A DNA stretch of 64,000 nucleotides, from sequence record MN648445. The stretch is one strand, 5' to 3'. Positions 1-10,600 of this stretch are shown here, in pieces. A model generated the notes under the pieces. It was given only the letters and a program-made list of their open reading frames with translations. It was not told the origin of the DNA and made no database searches. A program made the position numbers and the translations under genes. Each line of letters opens with the position of its first letter. The first letter of the stretch is position 1. This stretch comes from Escherichia phage FP43.

Positions 1-42
1 TGGTGGTAATGAAAAAGAACTTTACTCTGAGGACCTTTACTA

Positions 43-324
43 ATGAATCTTAAACAACTCCAGATTGATGCTATTGAAGCCCACATTAATCATATCAAAC
101 GCCTGAATGTTATGATGGAAGAAAATTATGGTATGTATGCTAATCAGCCTGGTTGGGATGCTTTAGATCATCCTTATTTGGTTAATTTATGTAAAGGTGA
201 TACGTTAGCAATTATTCGTGATGGGTTAAAACCTTTCTTGCGCGACATGTATATTAAAATGAACGAAGAAATTATTAGCTCGTTGCAATATCAATTAAGG
301 AAATTAGATGATGAGAATAATTGA
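43..324 (+). CDS. hypothetical small early protein (93 aa)
   Basis: ATG-initiated ORF upstream of asiA in the T4 arn/motA-side region; no motif recognised. Confidence 0.45.
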   Translation: MNLKQLQIDAIEAHINHIKRLNVMMEENYGMYANQPGWDALDHPYLVNLCKGDTLAIIRDGLKPFLRDMYIKMNEEIISSLQYQLRKLDDENN

Positions 325-535
325 TTCTAAAGCAGATTATTTTAATTCTGTTAATGATAAGAATAAAGCTTTAATTCGCCACTTTATTACTGAGATGGGT
401 TATACTGACTCTAAAGATTTGAAAGAGCACATTATCGAATGTTCTGTGGCTAAAAAGTTTTCTTTCACAGACAAATGTTTAAATGAGGTTATAAATCATT
501 ATGAACAATCTTGTAGCAAAACACGATTTCAATAA
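308..535 (+). CDS. hypothetical small early protein (75 aa)
   Basis: ORF overlapping the previous stop, same strand as neighbours. Confidence 0.35.
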   Translation: MMRIIDSKADYFNSVNDKNKALIRHFITEMGYTDSKDLKEHIIECSVAKKFSFTDKCLNEVINHYEQSCSKTRFQ

Positions 536-609
536 GGCTTCTGTCCATAAGGACAAGAAGAAATCAGAACTTCAATCTAAACGCAAACAAAAACATAAGG
601 GTAAAGACT

Positions 610-909
610 ATGCTTACTAAAATCAAAGAAAATCCTGCCACTGAACTTGTTATTCGTTGTGAAGAACTTGCAGAGCTTTATCAGGTTAACCGAGAAGTGT
701 GTCGTAGTGTTATCGTAGATATGGAAGACGAAGTATGTTCTCGTATTCCTTTTAGTGTCGATTTCAATCACATGAAGCCTGGTGAAATCACTATCGTCTT
801 TGGTTCTGACTATACTGAAGAACGGGCTCTTAATGCCCTAGAATATGAAATGTCATTCTTCGACATACAGGACTACATTGATAGTTATAAGGAACAATAT
901 GAGTCATAA
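610..909 (+). CDS. acidic hypothetical protein (99 aa), possible Arn-like
   Basis: ATG at 610; D/E-rich; sits where T4 carries arn-region genes; identity not confirmed. Confidence 0.4.
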   Translation: MLTKIKENPATELVIRCEELAELYQVNREVCRSVIVDMEDEVCSRIPFSVDFNHMKPGEITIVFGSDYTEERALNALEYEMSFFDIQDYIDSYKEQYES

Positions 910-1060
910 TCTTCAGAACGTAGTAGAGGCCGAACGTGAGCGTGAGGCTTTAGTCTATAATGAACTATTAGCTCCGTTCTTAGCCTTACACTCGTACGAA
1001 CAAGAAGACTACATTGATTATGTTAAAAGCGTAGAAAAAGCCGTTTACAATCAACACTGA
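899..1060 (+). CDS. hypothetical small protein (53 aa)
   Basis: ATG at 899 overlapping the upstream stop (ATGAGTCATAA); the track gives an alternative start at 845. Confidence 0.3.
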   Translation: MSHNLQNVVEAEREREALVYNELLAPFLALHSYEQEDYIDYVKSVEKAVYNQH

Positions 1061-1106
1061 TAATGGTACTATATCCATATCAACCAAGTGGAATGAATAA
1101 AACGTT

Positions 1107-1379
1107 ATGAATAAAGACATTGAAATCGTACGTGAAATTATTACTATTGCTTCTATTTTGATTAAATTCTCTAGGGAAGATATTGTTGAAGACCGAGCAA
1201 GTTTCATCGGATTCTTGAATGAGATTGGAATTAAAAAAGATGGTCGGCAGCTAAATCAGAATTCGTTCAGAAAACTAATTACAAATTTAACTGCCGAAGA
1301 AAAGAAAACACTGATTAGTGAATTCAATGAAGGTTTTGAAAATATTTATCGTCATTTAGCGATGTATTCTAACAACTAA
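1107..1379 (+). CDS. asiA: AsiA anti-sigma-70 factor
   Basis: 90 aa; N-terminus MNKDIEIVREIITIASILIKFSREDIVE matches T4 AsiA as recalled; adjacent to t. Confidence 0.9.
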   Translation: MNKDIEIVREIITIASILIKFSREDIVEDRASFIGFLNEIGIKKDGRQLNQNSFRKLITNLTAEEKKTLISEFNEGFENIYRHLAMYSNN

Positions 1380-2039
1380 TTATTTAGCCCTTCCTAGTAT
1401 TCGGACCGCTTGGTTGCATATAGCTGCTAAGCGATCTTCCTCAAGTATATTACTCCCCTTATACCAATACATCGTCACAGTTCCAGCATAGATGTTATCC
1501 AAATTAAAGTATGGACAACTATACATATAAGAAAGTTCAGCAGTCTTAGATTTTGTAGGCAAAAATGCAAATTCTGATTTAGATGAGAAATGACGGCCAC
1601 TTAAATGAATTATATATTCATTGGCCGTTTTATCCACCGGGAATCCGCCAAGGGACTTTTCAGAAATTGTGCTAGGTAGTTTGCCTTCATAAGCTATAAG
1701 GTCGACGAAATAATTTAAGTTTTTAGGTCTGAAAGAATACACAGCACTAAAATCTGCACCAGATGAGATATGAACTATTTGCAGTTGTTCTAGAGCCGCA
1801 GATTCAAAACGTAAAGCTCGTTCTTTTTGGATTATTTCAGTATAAGTATCATACTTAGCTCTTACATAATAATCCAGCAAAATACTTCCTTTGTACCATA
1901 TTAGTGCCATTAGGAACAAAAGAATAATTACCGCTACTCGGGACATTAAAACCTTTCCAGTAGCGTTATCTTTGAAAATACGATCTAGCAACCCAAATAG
2001 AATATCACTAAGCGAAAATGATACTTTTGGTGTTGCCAT
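1380..2039 (-). CDS. t: holin
   Basis: 219 aa; near-identical to T4 holin T as recalled (N-terminal TM, C-terminal CPYFNLDNIYAG... RILGRAK). Confidence 0.9.
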   Translation of the reverse strand: MATPKVSFSLSDILFGLLDRIFKDNATGKVLMSRVAVIILLFLMALIWYKGSILLDYYVRAKYDTYTEIIQKERALRFESAALEQLQIVHISSGADFSAVYSFRPKNLNYFVDLIAYEGKLPSTISEKSLGGFPVDKTANEYIIHLSGRHFSSKSEFAFLPTKSKTAELSYMYSCPYFNLDNIYAGTVTMYWYKGSNILEEDRLAAICNQAVRILGRAK

Positions 2040-2048
2040 AATACCTCC

Positions 2049-2600
2049 TTACTTAAAGATATTTATAATCGCTTTGATAATAGATTTGTTTTCAAGGTCA
2101 GGGAATTTAGGGAATTCGCCGCCAAGATGTTCATGTTTTTCTAAAAGGGCAAAGAATTTTTTGAGCTCTTTAAATTTTCGTTTTTCTTCTCTATTAGCAA
2201 CCTCTGCGTCAATAAGAGAACTTAAAACACTGAATAATTTATAGAGTTCATGAATTTTCTTATCACGTTGAACTACTCGTTTATATGCTTCATCTTCCTT
2301 CCACCCGTCGTCGGTCCAAATGTCAAATTCACCAGGTTCTTCTGTAGTAACATTTTGAAGAGCACCTGGAGTGTCAATAACAATTTTTTGCTTATCATAT
2401 GTCCATACTGTTTTTCCTCGATGGTCTTCAACATATACCCATTCTTGCTCGCGTTCGTCAAATATAACAGCATAGCCTTCTTTAGGGTCTAAAGGTTTTT
2501 TTGGTGTCGAATGAGCTGGAAATCCTACGCCTTTTAATGGTTTATAATTTTCTTCTTTGTAAAATTCTTTAGTGTCAAAATAATAGTGATAGAGTTTCAT
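2049..2600 (-). CDS. 38: gp38 long tail fiber assembly protein (T4-type chaperone)
   Basis: 183 aa, same length as T4 gp38; immediately downstream of gene 37. Confidence 0.85.
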   Translation of the reverse strand: MKLYHYYFDTKEFYKEENYKPLKGVGFPAHSTPKKPLDPKEGYAVIFDEREQEWVYVEDHRGKTVWTYDKQKIVIDTPGALQNVTTEEPGEFDIWTDDGWKEDEAYKRVVQRDKKIHELYKLFSVLSSLIDAEVANREEKRKFKELKKFFALLEKHEHLGGEFPKFPDLENKSIIKAIINIFK

Positions 2601-2603
2601 ATT

Positions 2604-2625
2604 ATAAAAAGGGACAGAAGTCCCT
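2604..2625 (-). terminator. hairpin + U-tract between genes 37 and 38
   Basis: GGGAC-AGAA-GTCCC (2611-2625) followed by a T-run on the minus strand. Confidence 0.5.
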
Positions 2626-2630
2626 TCTCC

Positions 2631-5600
2631 TTATGCTAAACGAACGATATAGTTAAAAGCAACGTTTTTAACAGTGTTTTCTGTATTTCCTGTGGCATTT
2701 ACAGTTATTGTATGGCCATGGGAACCAATTGCAACAGTATGAGAATGAGCACCAATACCCACCGAATGGGTATGAGCACCAATACCTACCGTATGAGCAT
2801 GGTTACCCGTAGAGCTAGTAGTTCCTGACCAACTATGGGTGTGGGCACCGTCATTTGATGTTTTACCGACCTTAGTTGCTAAAGTCGAACCAGTGATACC
2901 TGAGTTAATTTTAGCATATGAGTTTGCACCTATCGTAGTAACCCCGTCTCTAAACAAATCGTCTGCCCATGCAGCAGTGACCTGTGGACCTGAACGCGCG
3001 TGTTGGTGAGCTCCTGCGGAACTAGTATTACCACTCACTGTATGGTTATGGTTACCAGTGGTATTACTGGTCTTAGTACCATAATCAAAGCTTGAAGTCG
3101 TTTTGCTACCGTAATCAAAACTAGAAGTGGTCTTAGTACCCAAATCTGTGTTTGATGCACTTGCACTATGGCTATGTGACTTAACACCGTCTGCTTCTGT
3201 ACTTAATACAGCGCGCCCAGATGGTTTACCCTTGATAGTTTGACCACGCATATCAGGCAGAGCGCCAGAAGGATACACCGCAGCTAACTTAGGATACAAG
3301 CCAGTATCAAATGTTTGGCCTTCCATTATGGCATAACCTTCAGGAGGTGTATCGGTAGGCCAAGGAATCGGAGCACCAATTGGGTAACTCGAGACAATAT
3401 CCGTTTTAAGGTTATTTATTGTGGTATTCAAGTTAGCAAAGTTGCCAGAACCACCAGTAATATTACCATCAGTACCGAATTGAGCATTACCAACTTTTAA
3501 TGGTTTAGTAATATCGACAGAATCAGAGTTTAATGCAATACCATGTGAATATGTGTAGCTGTGCATACGAACGACGTTGCCGCCATCTCCAATACCTAAA
3601 TACCATTTCGGAACATCTGCTTTACGTCCTTGAATGAAGTTAGAAGACTCTTGTGTTGGAGCATTTATTCTAATAGCATCTGATGCCATATTTACTGTTA
3701 TGCGTTGACCAGCCGTAGTTCCAGCCGCTTCTACTTTAAATCTACCGCCGCCGATATCTACATCATGATCCATGGAAACTTTACCAGTACTTAATGTAAT
3801 ATAGAACGGACGTAAATTAGAAATACCACCTGATTCACCAACATTCTGTGGAGTTGGAATAATATAAAGCTTATCTTCAGAACGACGGAAAATAGCCCCG
3901 TATTCAGCATCGTAAATACGGAAAGCATCAGCAGTCCCGCCAATTTTAACCTGTCCAGTAATTGAGGCACCACCTTGAACAAACAATCCATTATTCATTG
4001 TAACGTTGCCAACTAGAGTGCTTAATCCGTTAACTCTAAGACTTCCGTCGGTTATTAAGCTTCCTCTAGCATTAACCTGTCCATTGAACTGAGTTACAAC
4101 AGGGCCTGTAGTTTCAGAACCGGTCGGAGCTACGCGTTGAGAATAGAAATAATAACCTTGGCCATCAGAAACCTCAAATACGGTTTCTCGAGCTTTATCA
4201 CCAGTAGCATTAAATGAGTTACCCCATGCTTTCACGGTCACATAACTTTTGTTCTGACCTGCACGAGTACCGCCTTCCCAAAGGATTTGTTTGGTGCCAT
4301 CAATACCTGAAGCCGCTTTAAAAACTAGAGAAGCATTAGTTCCATCACCATTAAAATATAATCCATTATTAAGTTTTAACGTTTGAACAGAAGCGATGGT
4401 ACCATCAGCACGCAAATTTAACGAATTTGAACCAGTTTTAATATCTAAAATGCCAGGCTCAACAAGAAGCCCATCACCCATACTAACGGACATACGACCA
4501 GTGCCACGGAAATAGTGATACATCTTGGCATTGCTGCTATAACCAATATGAGTCTGACCGTCACCGTTATTATTACCATCAACATCGGTACGCGCAGTAA
4601 ACATTGCTTGGTTGTTATTTGGGTAATCCCAAGTAGAACCAGAATCTCGACTATAACCAACCATCAATTTTTTAGTACTGTTAATACCGTTATTAAGAAT
4701 AGTGCCGGCAGAAATACCATTCGAAACTAAATCGATAACCCCGTCACGAACCCATTTAATACCAGTATCATTGTCACCAATTGCAATACCTTTACCAAAC
4801 GAAACCAATGGATAACGTCCTTGGTCACCAACATCAGCAAGACCTATACCTATCGAATTAGCAACAGACATACGCCCATCTGTGGTATAAGACCATTGAT
4901 AAACTTCAGCATTACGTCCCGTCCAATACGAAATATTCTGTGGTTTACCTGAACGAGCATCAGCAACTTCATGGAAAATAGCAGAAGAAACATGTCCGCG
5001 GAATTTACGAAGGTAGTTTATACCATTAGTATCCAAATCTGTTTCGGTTGGAGTATAGTGCCAAGTCGGTAATGAAACTAAATCATATGCAGTATCAATA
5101 TTAGTGTCCCAAGATTTAGTGCTCACATTGATATTTTTGGTAATAACTTTAGGACCAATTAAAGAACCAGCTTTAGTTTCAATATTACTTTGAGTAACTA
5201 AATATCCATTAGATACTAATAAACTTCCGGAATCAACTTGAAAATTACCGTTTCGATTAAAAGTCCAGTATTTTGAAGTCCCGGTTTCATCAATATAATG
5301 GAATTTAAAACTACCTTCGTTTACTAATGTACCAGCAGAAAAAGTTCCATCTTTATAGCGTTGTTTAATCAGTGGATGGTATTCTGAAACAGAAGTAGTT
5401 GAACTTAAATCTGTAAAGATAGGGGCTTTATTCGAATGTTGGTTAGCCCAAGCGCCATTTCCAGTGGTTTTAGGTAAAAATTCAATGTATTTTCCTGCAT
5501 AAACAAACTGATTTCCATTGAGATTATACGTGCCGTTTTGTAAATAATCGCCAGTTTGAGTTACATTACCGTTAATATCCCCACCCTTAGCAAAGCCTAG

Positions 5601-5747
5601 GCTAATAATATTACCGAGGTCATCTTTAGTAAAAAGAGTTCGATCTTTTAAGTTTATCGCTAATTCGCCTTCGGCTAATTGTGCTGCAGTAGGATTAACT
5701 CCTGCTACTTTGCTTCTTTTAAATTGTATCTGTTTTAATGTAGCCAT
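2631..5747 (-). CDS. 37: gp37 long tail fiber distal subunit (receptor-binding tip)
   Basis: 1038 aa; C-terminal His-x-His repeats (GAHTHS, GAHSHT, GSHGHT) typical of the T4 gp37 needle; position between 36 and 38. Confidence 0.9.
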   Translation of the reverse strand: MATLKQIQFKRSKVAGVNPTAAQLAEGELAINLKDRTLFTKDDLGNIISLGFAKGGDINGNVTQTGDYLQNGTYNLNGNQFVYAGKYIEFLPKTTGNGAWANQHSNKAPIFTDLSSTTSVSEYHPLIKQRYKDGTFSAGTLVNEGSFKFHYIDETGTSKYWTFNRNGNFQVDSGSLLVSNGYLVTQSNIETKAGSLIGPKVITKNINVSTKSWDTNIDTAYDLVSLPTWHYTPTETDLDTNGINYLRKFRGHVSSAIFHEVADARSGKPQNISYWTGRNAEVYQWSYTTDGRMSVANSIGIGLADVGDQGRYPLVSFGKGIAIGDNDTGIKWVRDGVIDLVSNGISAGTILNNGINSTKKLMVGYSRDSGSTWDYPNNNQAMFTARTDVDGNNNGDGQTHIGYSSNAKMYHYFRGTGRMSVSMGDGLLVEPGILDIKTGSNSLNLRADGTIASVQTLKLNNGLYFNGDGTNASLVFKAASGIDGTKQILWEGGTRAGQNKSYVTVKAWGNSFNATGDKARETVFEVSDGQGYYFYSQRVAPTGSETTGPVVTQFNGQVNARGSLITDGSLRVNGLSTLVGNVTMNNGLFVQGGASITGQVKIGGTADAFRIYDAEYGAIFRRSEDKLYIIPTPQNVGESGGISNLRPFYITLSTGKVSMDHDVDIGGGRFKVEAAGTTAGQRITVNMASDAIRINAPTQESSNFIQGRKADVPKWYLGIGDGGNVVRMHSYTYSHGIALNSDSVDITKPLKVGNAQFGTDGNITGGSGNFANLNTTINNLKTDIVSSYPIGAPIPWPTDTPPEGYAIMEGQTFDTGLYPKLAAVYPSGALPDMRGQTIKGKPSGRAVLSTEADGVKSHSHSASASNTDLGTKTTSSFDYGSKTTSSFDYGTKTSNTTGNHNHTVSGNTSSAGAHQHARSGPQVTAAWADDLFRDGVTTIGANSYAKINSGITGSTLATKVGKTSNDGAHTHSWSGTTSSTGNHAHTVGIGAHTHSVGIGAHSHTVAIGSHGHTITVNATGNTENTVKNVAFNYIVRLA

Positions 5748-5755
5748 AAGTCCTC

Positions 5756-6421
5756 TTAATAATAGCCGAAATCTTGAACAGAATCTTTAATTACAATCTG
5801 GTCGAAACGAGGAACATGATTAGCCTCAGACGCCGGATTCTGTGAGAAAAAGTTTGGTGCTGTTAAAGTACCAGTCATGGTATCGCCTTTACGCAATACA
5901 CGGGAATTTGCGTTATCCGTAACAATATTTATTCGTCCATCAACATAATCTTTTCTTGTGAGATCATTTGCTGCAACCGGCGCAGTAGCGTTAGAACGGA
6001 CAGGACCAGTTGCATAAATACCACCTTTAGTGCTGATATCACCAGTACGAGTGTTAACAACAACAGTTCTACCTGCAGATCCTTGTGATGATTTAAAACC
6101 AATGCCATACCATGAAACAATATCAATATTTGCTGTATCAAAAGTAGCAGCATCGCCATTGCCAGGATAAATACCACTTTGATTTGTGTTATTTACGGCA
6201 TAAGGTACTTGCACACCATTATTAAATGTTACTCGAGCGGCATACGTACCACCATTAGCTTTAGAAACGAAATCGTTATCAGCCGCTTGTGGTTTATTAT
6301 ATTCTGAATAGAGTTTAAACGTTTTATACAGGACGTCATCACCTGCTGGCATTAAAGGGAAATTACCTTGATGCCATATAACAGCACCGCCAGTTGTACT
6401 ACCAGCTTTTAAATCGGCCAT
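5756..6421 (-). CDS. 36: gp36 long tail fiber distal connector
   Basis: 221 aa; length and position as T4 gp36. Confidence 0.85.
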   Translation of the reverse strand: MADLKAGSTTGGAVIWHQGNFPLMPAGDDVLYKTFKLYSEYNKPQAADNDFVSKANGGTYAARVTFNNGVQVPYAVNNTNQSGIYPGNGDAATFDTANIDIVSWYGIGFKSSQGSAGRTVVVNTRTGDISTKGGIYATGPVRSNATAPVAANDLTRKDYVDGRINIVTDNANSRVLRKGDTMTGTLTAPNFFSQNPASEANHVPRFDQIVIKDSVQDFGYY

Positions 6422-6445
6422 AGTTGTCTCCTTATATGTATACCA

Positions 6446-6453
6446 TATTTATA
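6446..6453 (-). promoter_or_regulatory. late promoter TATAAATA for gene 36
   Basis: Exact TATAAATA on the minus strand, after the terminator hairpin and before the gene 36 RBS. Confidence 0.7.
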
Positions 6454-6461
6454 CAAAAATA

Positions 6462-6477
6462 GGAGACCGAAGTCTCC
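6462..6477 (-). terminator. hairpin terminator after gene 35
   Basis: GGAGAC-CGAA-GTCTCC; on the minus strand followed by TATTTTTG, then the gene 36 late promoter. Confidence 0.6.
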
Positions 6478-6483
6478 CTAAAT

Positions 6484-7611
6484 TTATTCTGATGCTTCTT
6501 TAAATTCTTGTCCAAATACCTTACCAGTATCAGTTGAAGATTGAGTAGGTAGTGTCATTATGTCTGGGGCACTTAAAGATTCTGAAACATAATTTACACG
6601 AATACCATTTATACCAAACTCGGCCGGTTTTGAAACGCTTCCATTATATGATACTTCAGTGAATATAACGTTTCTTAATCCACCTTGCCCAACTGGAGCT
6701 GTACGATAACAATAAATCGTGAACCCGTCAGCACCAGCAGGAATTTCTATGTAGTCTTCATATATCTTCCATTCACCTGCACCCCCATCAAAGTTTATAT
6801 CCTTAAATGAAATAGGTGAAGTAGAAGGAGATTTAAAGAAACGAATAGAAAGTCGTGTCGTCCCTTGTGCTAACAAATCAGCATCGGCCATTAGTTGGAA
6901 TTTCATATAAAGGAAATCTCCAGGCTTCAATTTATACCCGGCGAGAGGTGTAATAACGGATGTTGTAGGCATCCTTTTAATTTCATTATTAGTACCTCCA
7001 ACAGCAGATAAAAATGTGTCTGTCGATTCGTACGTACGTCTAGGGAAGCCGGTAGCACCAATATCATCGATCGTGTCGTACACAACATCAAGTGGTGTAC
7101 TATAGTCGGTTGAAGTTTTCTTATTACTATACTTAATATGTTCTAGCGCTATAGCATTCTTACCAGAAATATAAAATGCAGAATAAGAAATGTCCACTAT
7201 ATTTAAAACTTGTTGAGCTAATGGAATAGCAGAACTCCCAGCTTTAGTAAACCATGCAAGAACTTCAGGTGGAAAGTTTGTTTTAGCGTTAGTAACAAGA
7301 GCAAATATAAAATTTGAAGCATACGCGTCCATGAAAGTAACAAATGCACTTGACGTGGCGTCGTTTTCAGTAGAGAAATTATATGTCTTAGATTCAACTA
7401 CTGCACCTGTTGTAGGATTTATTACACGAACGTTTAATCCAACGGAAAAAACCTGGGACCCAAGTGGATTATCTTGGAACTTAATATAAGCAGGAGATGT
7501 TGATAGCGGACAAGAGCCCGCTATGCTTAATTTAAATCGTACTGAATTGCTTTCCGATAAAAATGGCGTTTGGACGTATCCTTGTCCAAACTTAGCCATA
7601 AATTTTTCCAT
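6484..7611 (-). CDS. 35: gp35 long tail fiber hinge protein
   Basis: 375 aa; position between 34 and 36. Confidence 0.85.
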   Translation of the reverse strand: MEKFMAKFGQGYVQTPFLSESNSVRFKLSIAGSCPLSTSPAYIKFQDNPLGSQVFSVGLNVRVINPTTGAVVESKTYNFSTENDATSSAFVTFMDAYASNFIFALVTNAKTNFPPEVLAWFTKAGSSAIPLAQQVLNIVDISYSAFYISGKNAIALEHIKYSNKKTSTDYSTPLDVVYDTIDDIGATGFPRRTYESTDTFLSAVGGTNNEIKRMPTTSVITPLAGYKLKPGDFLYMKFQLMADADLLAQGTTRLSIRFFKSPSTSPISFKDINFDGGAGEWKIYEDYIEIPAGADGFTIYCYRTAPVGQGGLRNVIFTEVSYNGSVSKPAEFGINGIRVNYVSESLSAPDIMTLPTQSSTDTGKVFGQEFKEASE

Positions 7612-7619
7612 AATACCTC

Positions 7620-10600
7620 TTATTCAATCCACTCAAATTTAACAGATTTATTCACAGGGTCTGGAATAACGCGGACATTACCAATCCTTAAGAAATCCCT
7701 TATTGTCAAGTTTCCGATTGTTGCATTATCAGAAGGTAAAGCACCAATATCAGAAGGTTGAGGAGGGTTTCCACCATCAAATACCTGAACAAAACTTGAC
7801 CAAGAATTTTTAGTTTTCTGCCATGTACGTGTCCAACGGGTTGTACGTGCCTCTGGAGTTGTTGGATAAGTAATCCAATCTTGGTAAAGCGAATCAAGTG
7901 TATTACCAAACTGAGTCAATGTACCAGGAGATTTAACTTCTTCGCCACGTTCTAAGTATGGAAGCCCAGTCACTTCATTAGTTTTTTCAACCATTTTAAA
8001 ATAACCCGGGAACTGGTTATAAGTGGCTGAATCATTAATATCGATTGACCAGAATCCTACGGTATCAGATGTTGGCGCGCGGGTATATAAATCAGATGCT
8101 TTAGTACCCTGAGAACGAATTCTCGAGTTAACAGTTAAACCACCTGAATTTATAGTAGCACCTTTGGCAATGATTAAGCCTTCACCAATCGTTACTTGGC
8201 CAGATGCATTATTAATAGCCAAAGGACGTAATCCATTAAATCCACCGGTCTGATCACCGGATGCAGTAAGCATAAAATAGGTATTAGCAGCATCATTACG
8301 AATAAAGAATCCGTAATTACCACTAATTGCTCTGAATGCGTTTGCACTATAGGTTATAAATTCACCCTGTGCTGTCACCGAACGTCCAAATGTTGCCGCA
8401 CCATTAGCATTCAATGTTCCGGATGCATTAACATTAATCGGCCGAACTGTACCGTTGATGCTGAAAGTAATATTACCAAGGTTATCCCGTTGTGAATAAA
8501 AGTGGTTAGATGTTTCATCACCAACTTCAAATATCGTAGCACGAGATGTATCAGAACCGCCGGCGAATTGGTTACCCCATACACGGATATTCATCGCCTG
8601 AGCAGGGTTGTTTCCAGTTTGTGGACCTTTTTCAAATATTAAGCGAGTTGAAGCACCTGTATTAGAAATAGTTAATGTACTATTAGCAGATACCGAACCA
8701 CCAAACGTAGCAGTACTAGATGATACAAGAGGGGCACTCAGATTCGTTTGTTGGGTTAAGGTTAGTGAACCATTAACCGTCTGCGCAATGTCCCTACGAA
8801 TGAACTGAGATGAATCTAGGCCATCTAATAAATTTGCATCAGCAGCTTTAGCTTTCAATGGCAAATAGTTAGCAAGTACACGGTTTAATTCATATGGAGA
8901 TATAGCATAGCTATTTTTTTCATACGATTCTAAAGGTTGTGTTGAACCAACTGTATCATTACCAACAAATGTAATAGAACCAGATGAAGTTTTAACGAAT
9001 CCGCGAATTGCTGTAGTAGCAGCCCATGTTGGTTCATTCTGGACAATCCATTTTAAATTCTTAGGAGATACAGCAGTATTAGCAGAAGTTCCTGTTACAG
9101 TTTCAGCCTGAGTAGCAACCTTAATTACGCCTTCAGACGTTTCAGTGGACTTAGTCCCTAAAAGCTTTTTAGGAGTAATAAGAACATCATCTAAAGTTCC
9201 TGCATTAGATTCTGCCTGGGTCGCTACGCGAAGTGTACCACGTTGTGTTTCATTTGCTTTATAAATATCAAGAGTATAATGGTTCCACAAGGTTCCTTCT
9301 TCAATAAGTCCGGAATCAGAATTAACACTGGTACGGTCAGAAGAATCAAAATGAGTTTTAATTTTCAGTGGAGTCGAGATACGAGTATCATCAGTTCCAG
9401 TATCAAATTCAACTTGCGTAGCAATTTCGGCTATGCCGGATAATCCTTCCGTAGCTTTCCTATCATTTAACGTCTTAGGCGTTACTGCACGTGTATAATC
9501 AGTCCCAGCATTAGTTTCTGCTTGCGTAGCAATTTCAATTAAACCAATACGTCCATCAGTAGAAGTTTTCTTATGTAGTGTTTCAGGAGTTACTACAGCG
9601 TGAGAATAACCTGCTTGTGATTGACCAGCAATTACTTCACTATCAACAGCTAAAATTACTGCACCTTGTTGAGCATAAGTTGCTTTATATTGGTCAAGGG
9701 CTTTAGGAGAAATAGTTAAATTATTTACGGTTTTATTATAAACGTTAGTGCCTGCAGCCCCACGAGTTTCAGCAGGAGTAGCAGAAGTAGTTGATACATA
9801 TTTAACTATACCAGACAGTGTTTCAGAACCCTGACGTGCCTGTAATTTCTTAGGTGTAATAATCGTTGTGTCATCAAGACCAGCATCGGTTTCAACCTGA
9901 GTAGCAATTTCAGCAAGACCACGACGAGTTTCAGTTGCTGTACGCTCATTTAATTTTTTAGGCGTAACAATAGTATCGTCCACAAATGCTGCTGTGGAAT
10001 TCTGGTTAACTTGTGCTGTTGTAGCAATTTTAGCGATACCACGTCGAGCTTCAGTTGCTGTACGATTTGCCAACGTTTCAGGAGTAATAGCCACTTCTTT
10101 AGCTGGAGTATTCTCTAAATCAACATTTGCTTGCGCTTGAGTAGCAAGAGCAATAACACCTAAACGAGCTCGTGTAGCATCAGTTCCAGCATCGACACGT
10201 TCTACGGTTGGGACGTTTTGTTGAACAACCCAATAACGTGTACCAGCAACGGTGTCTTCGATATACGCTAATTCTAATACAGGAACATATGAAGTAGTGC
10301 CATTGAATTCTAGTTCAGTAACAGAGACCCATTGAGCATCAGGTGGATATTCAGAACGTTTAGGGAACTGAAGCAATGCAACAGTGGAAGCAATTGTATC
10401 ACCTTCGGCAGCTTTAATTTTTACTGTTTGGCCTTTACGCATGTAGTTCATTGAAATTTTAACAGTGTCACCACTCAAAATTCCGGTAGGCAGCGTAAGA
10501 TTAATAGTTCCGGTTGTAGCGTTATTTGTGCCAAAGATAAGAACTTCTTCATTTGGACGAATATTTGAATCCGCACGGATAATACGAAGACGCGATTTCT

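Noticed and set aside
1891-2244. 117-aa plus-strand ORF spanning the t/38 junction
   Set aside because: Antisense to holin and gp38; no RBS.
3066-3150. Possible DNA tandem repeat in gene 37
   Set aside because: The repeat is at the protein level (KTTSSFDYG x2) with divergent codons, so not a recent nucleotide tandem duplication; reported as a finding, not as a repeat feature.
5929-6177. 82-aa minus-strand ORF inside gene 36
   Set aside because: Lies wholly within the gp36 coding region in another frame; Leu-rich, low-complexity translation typical of an off-frame artefact.
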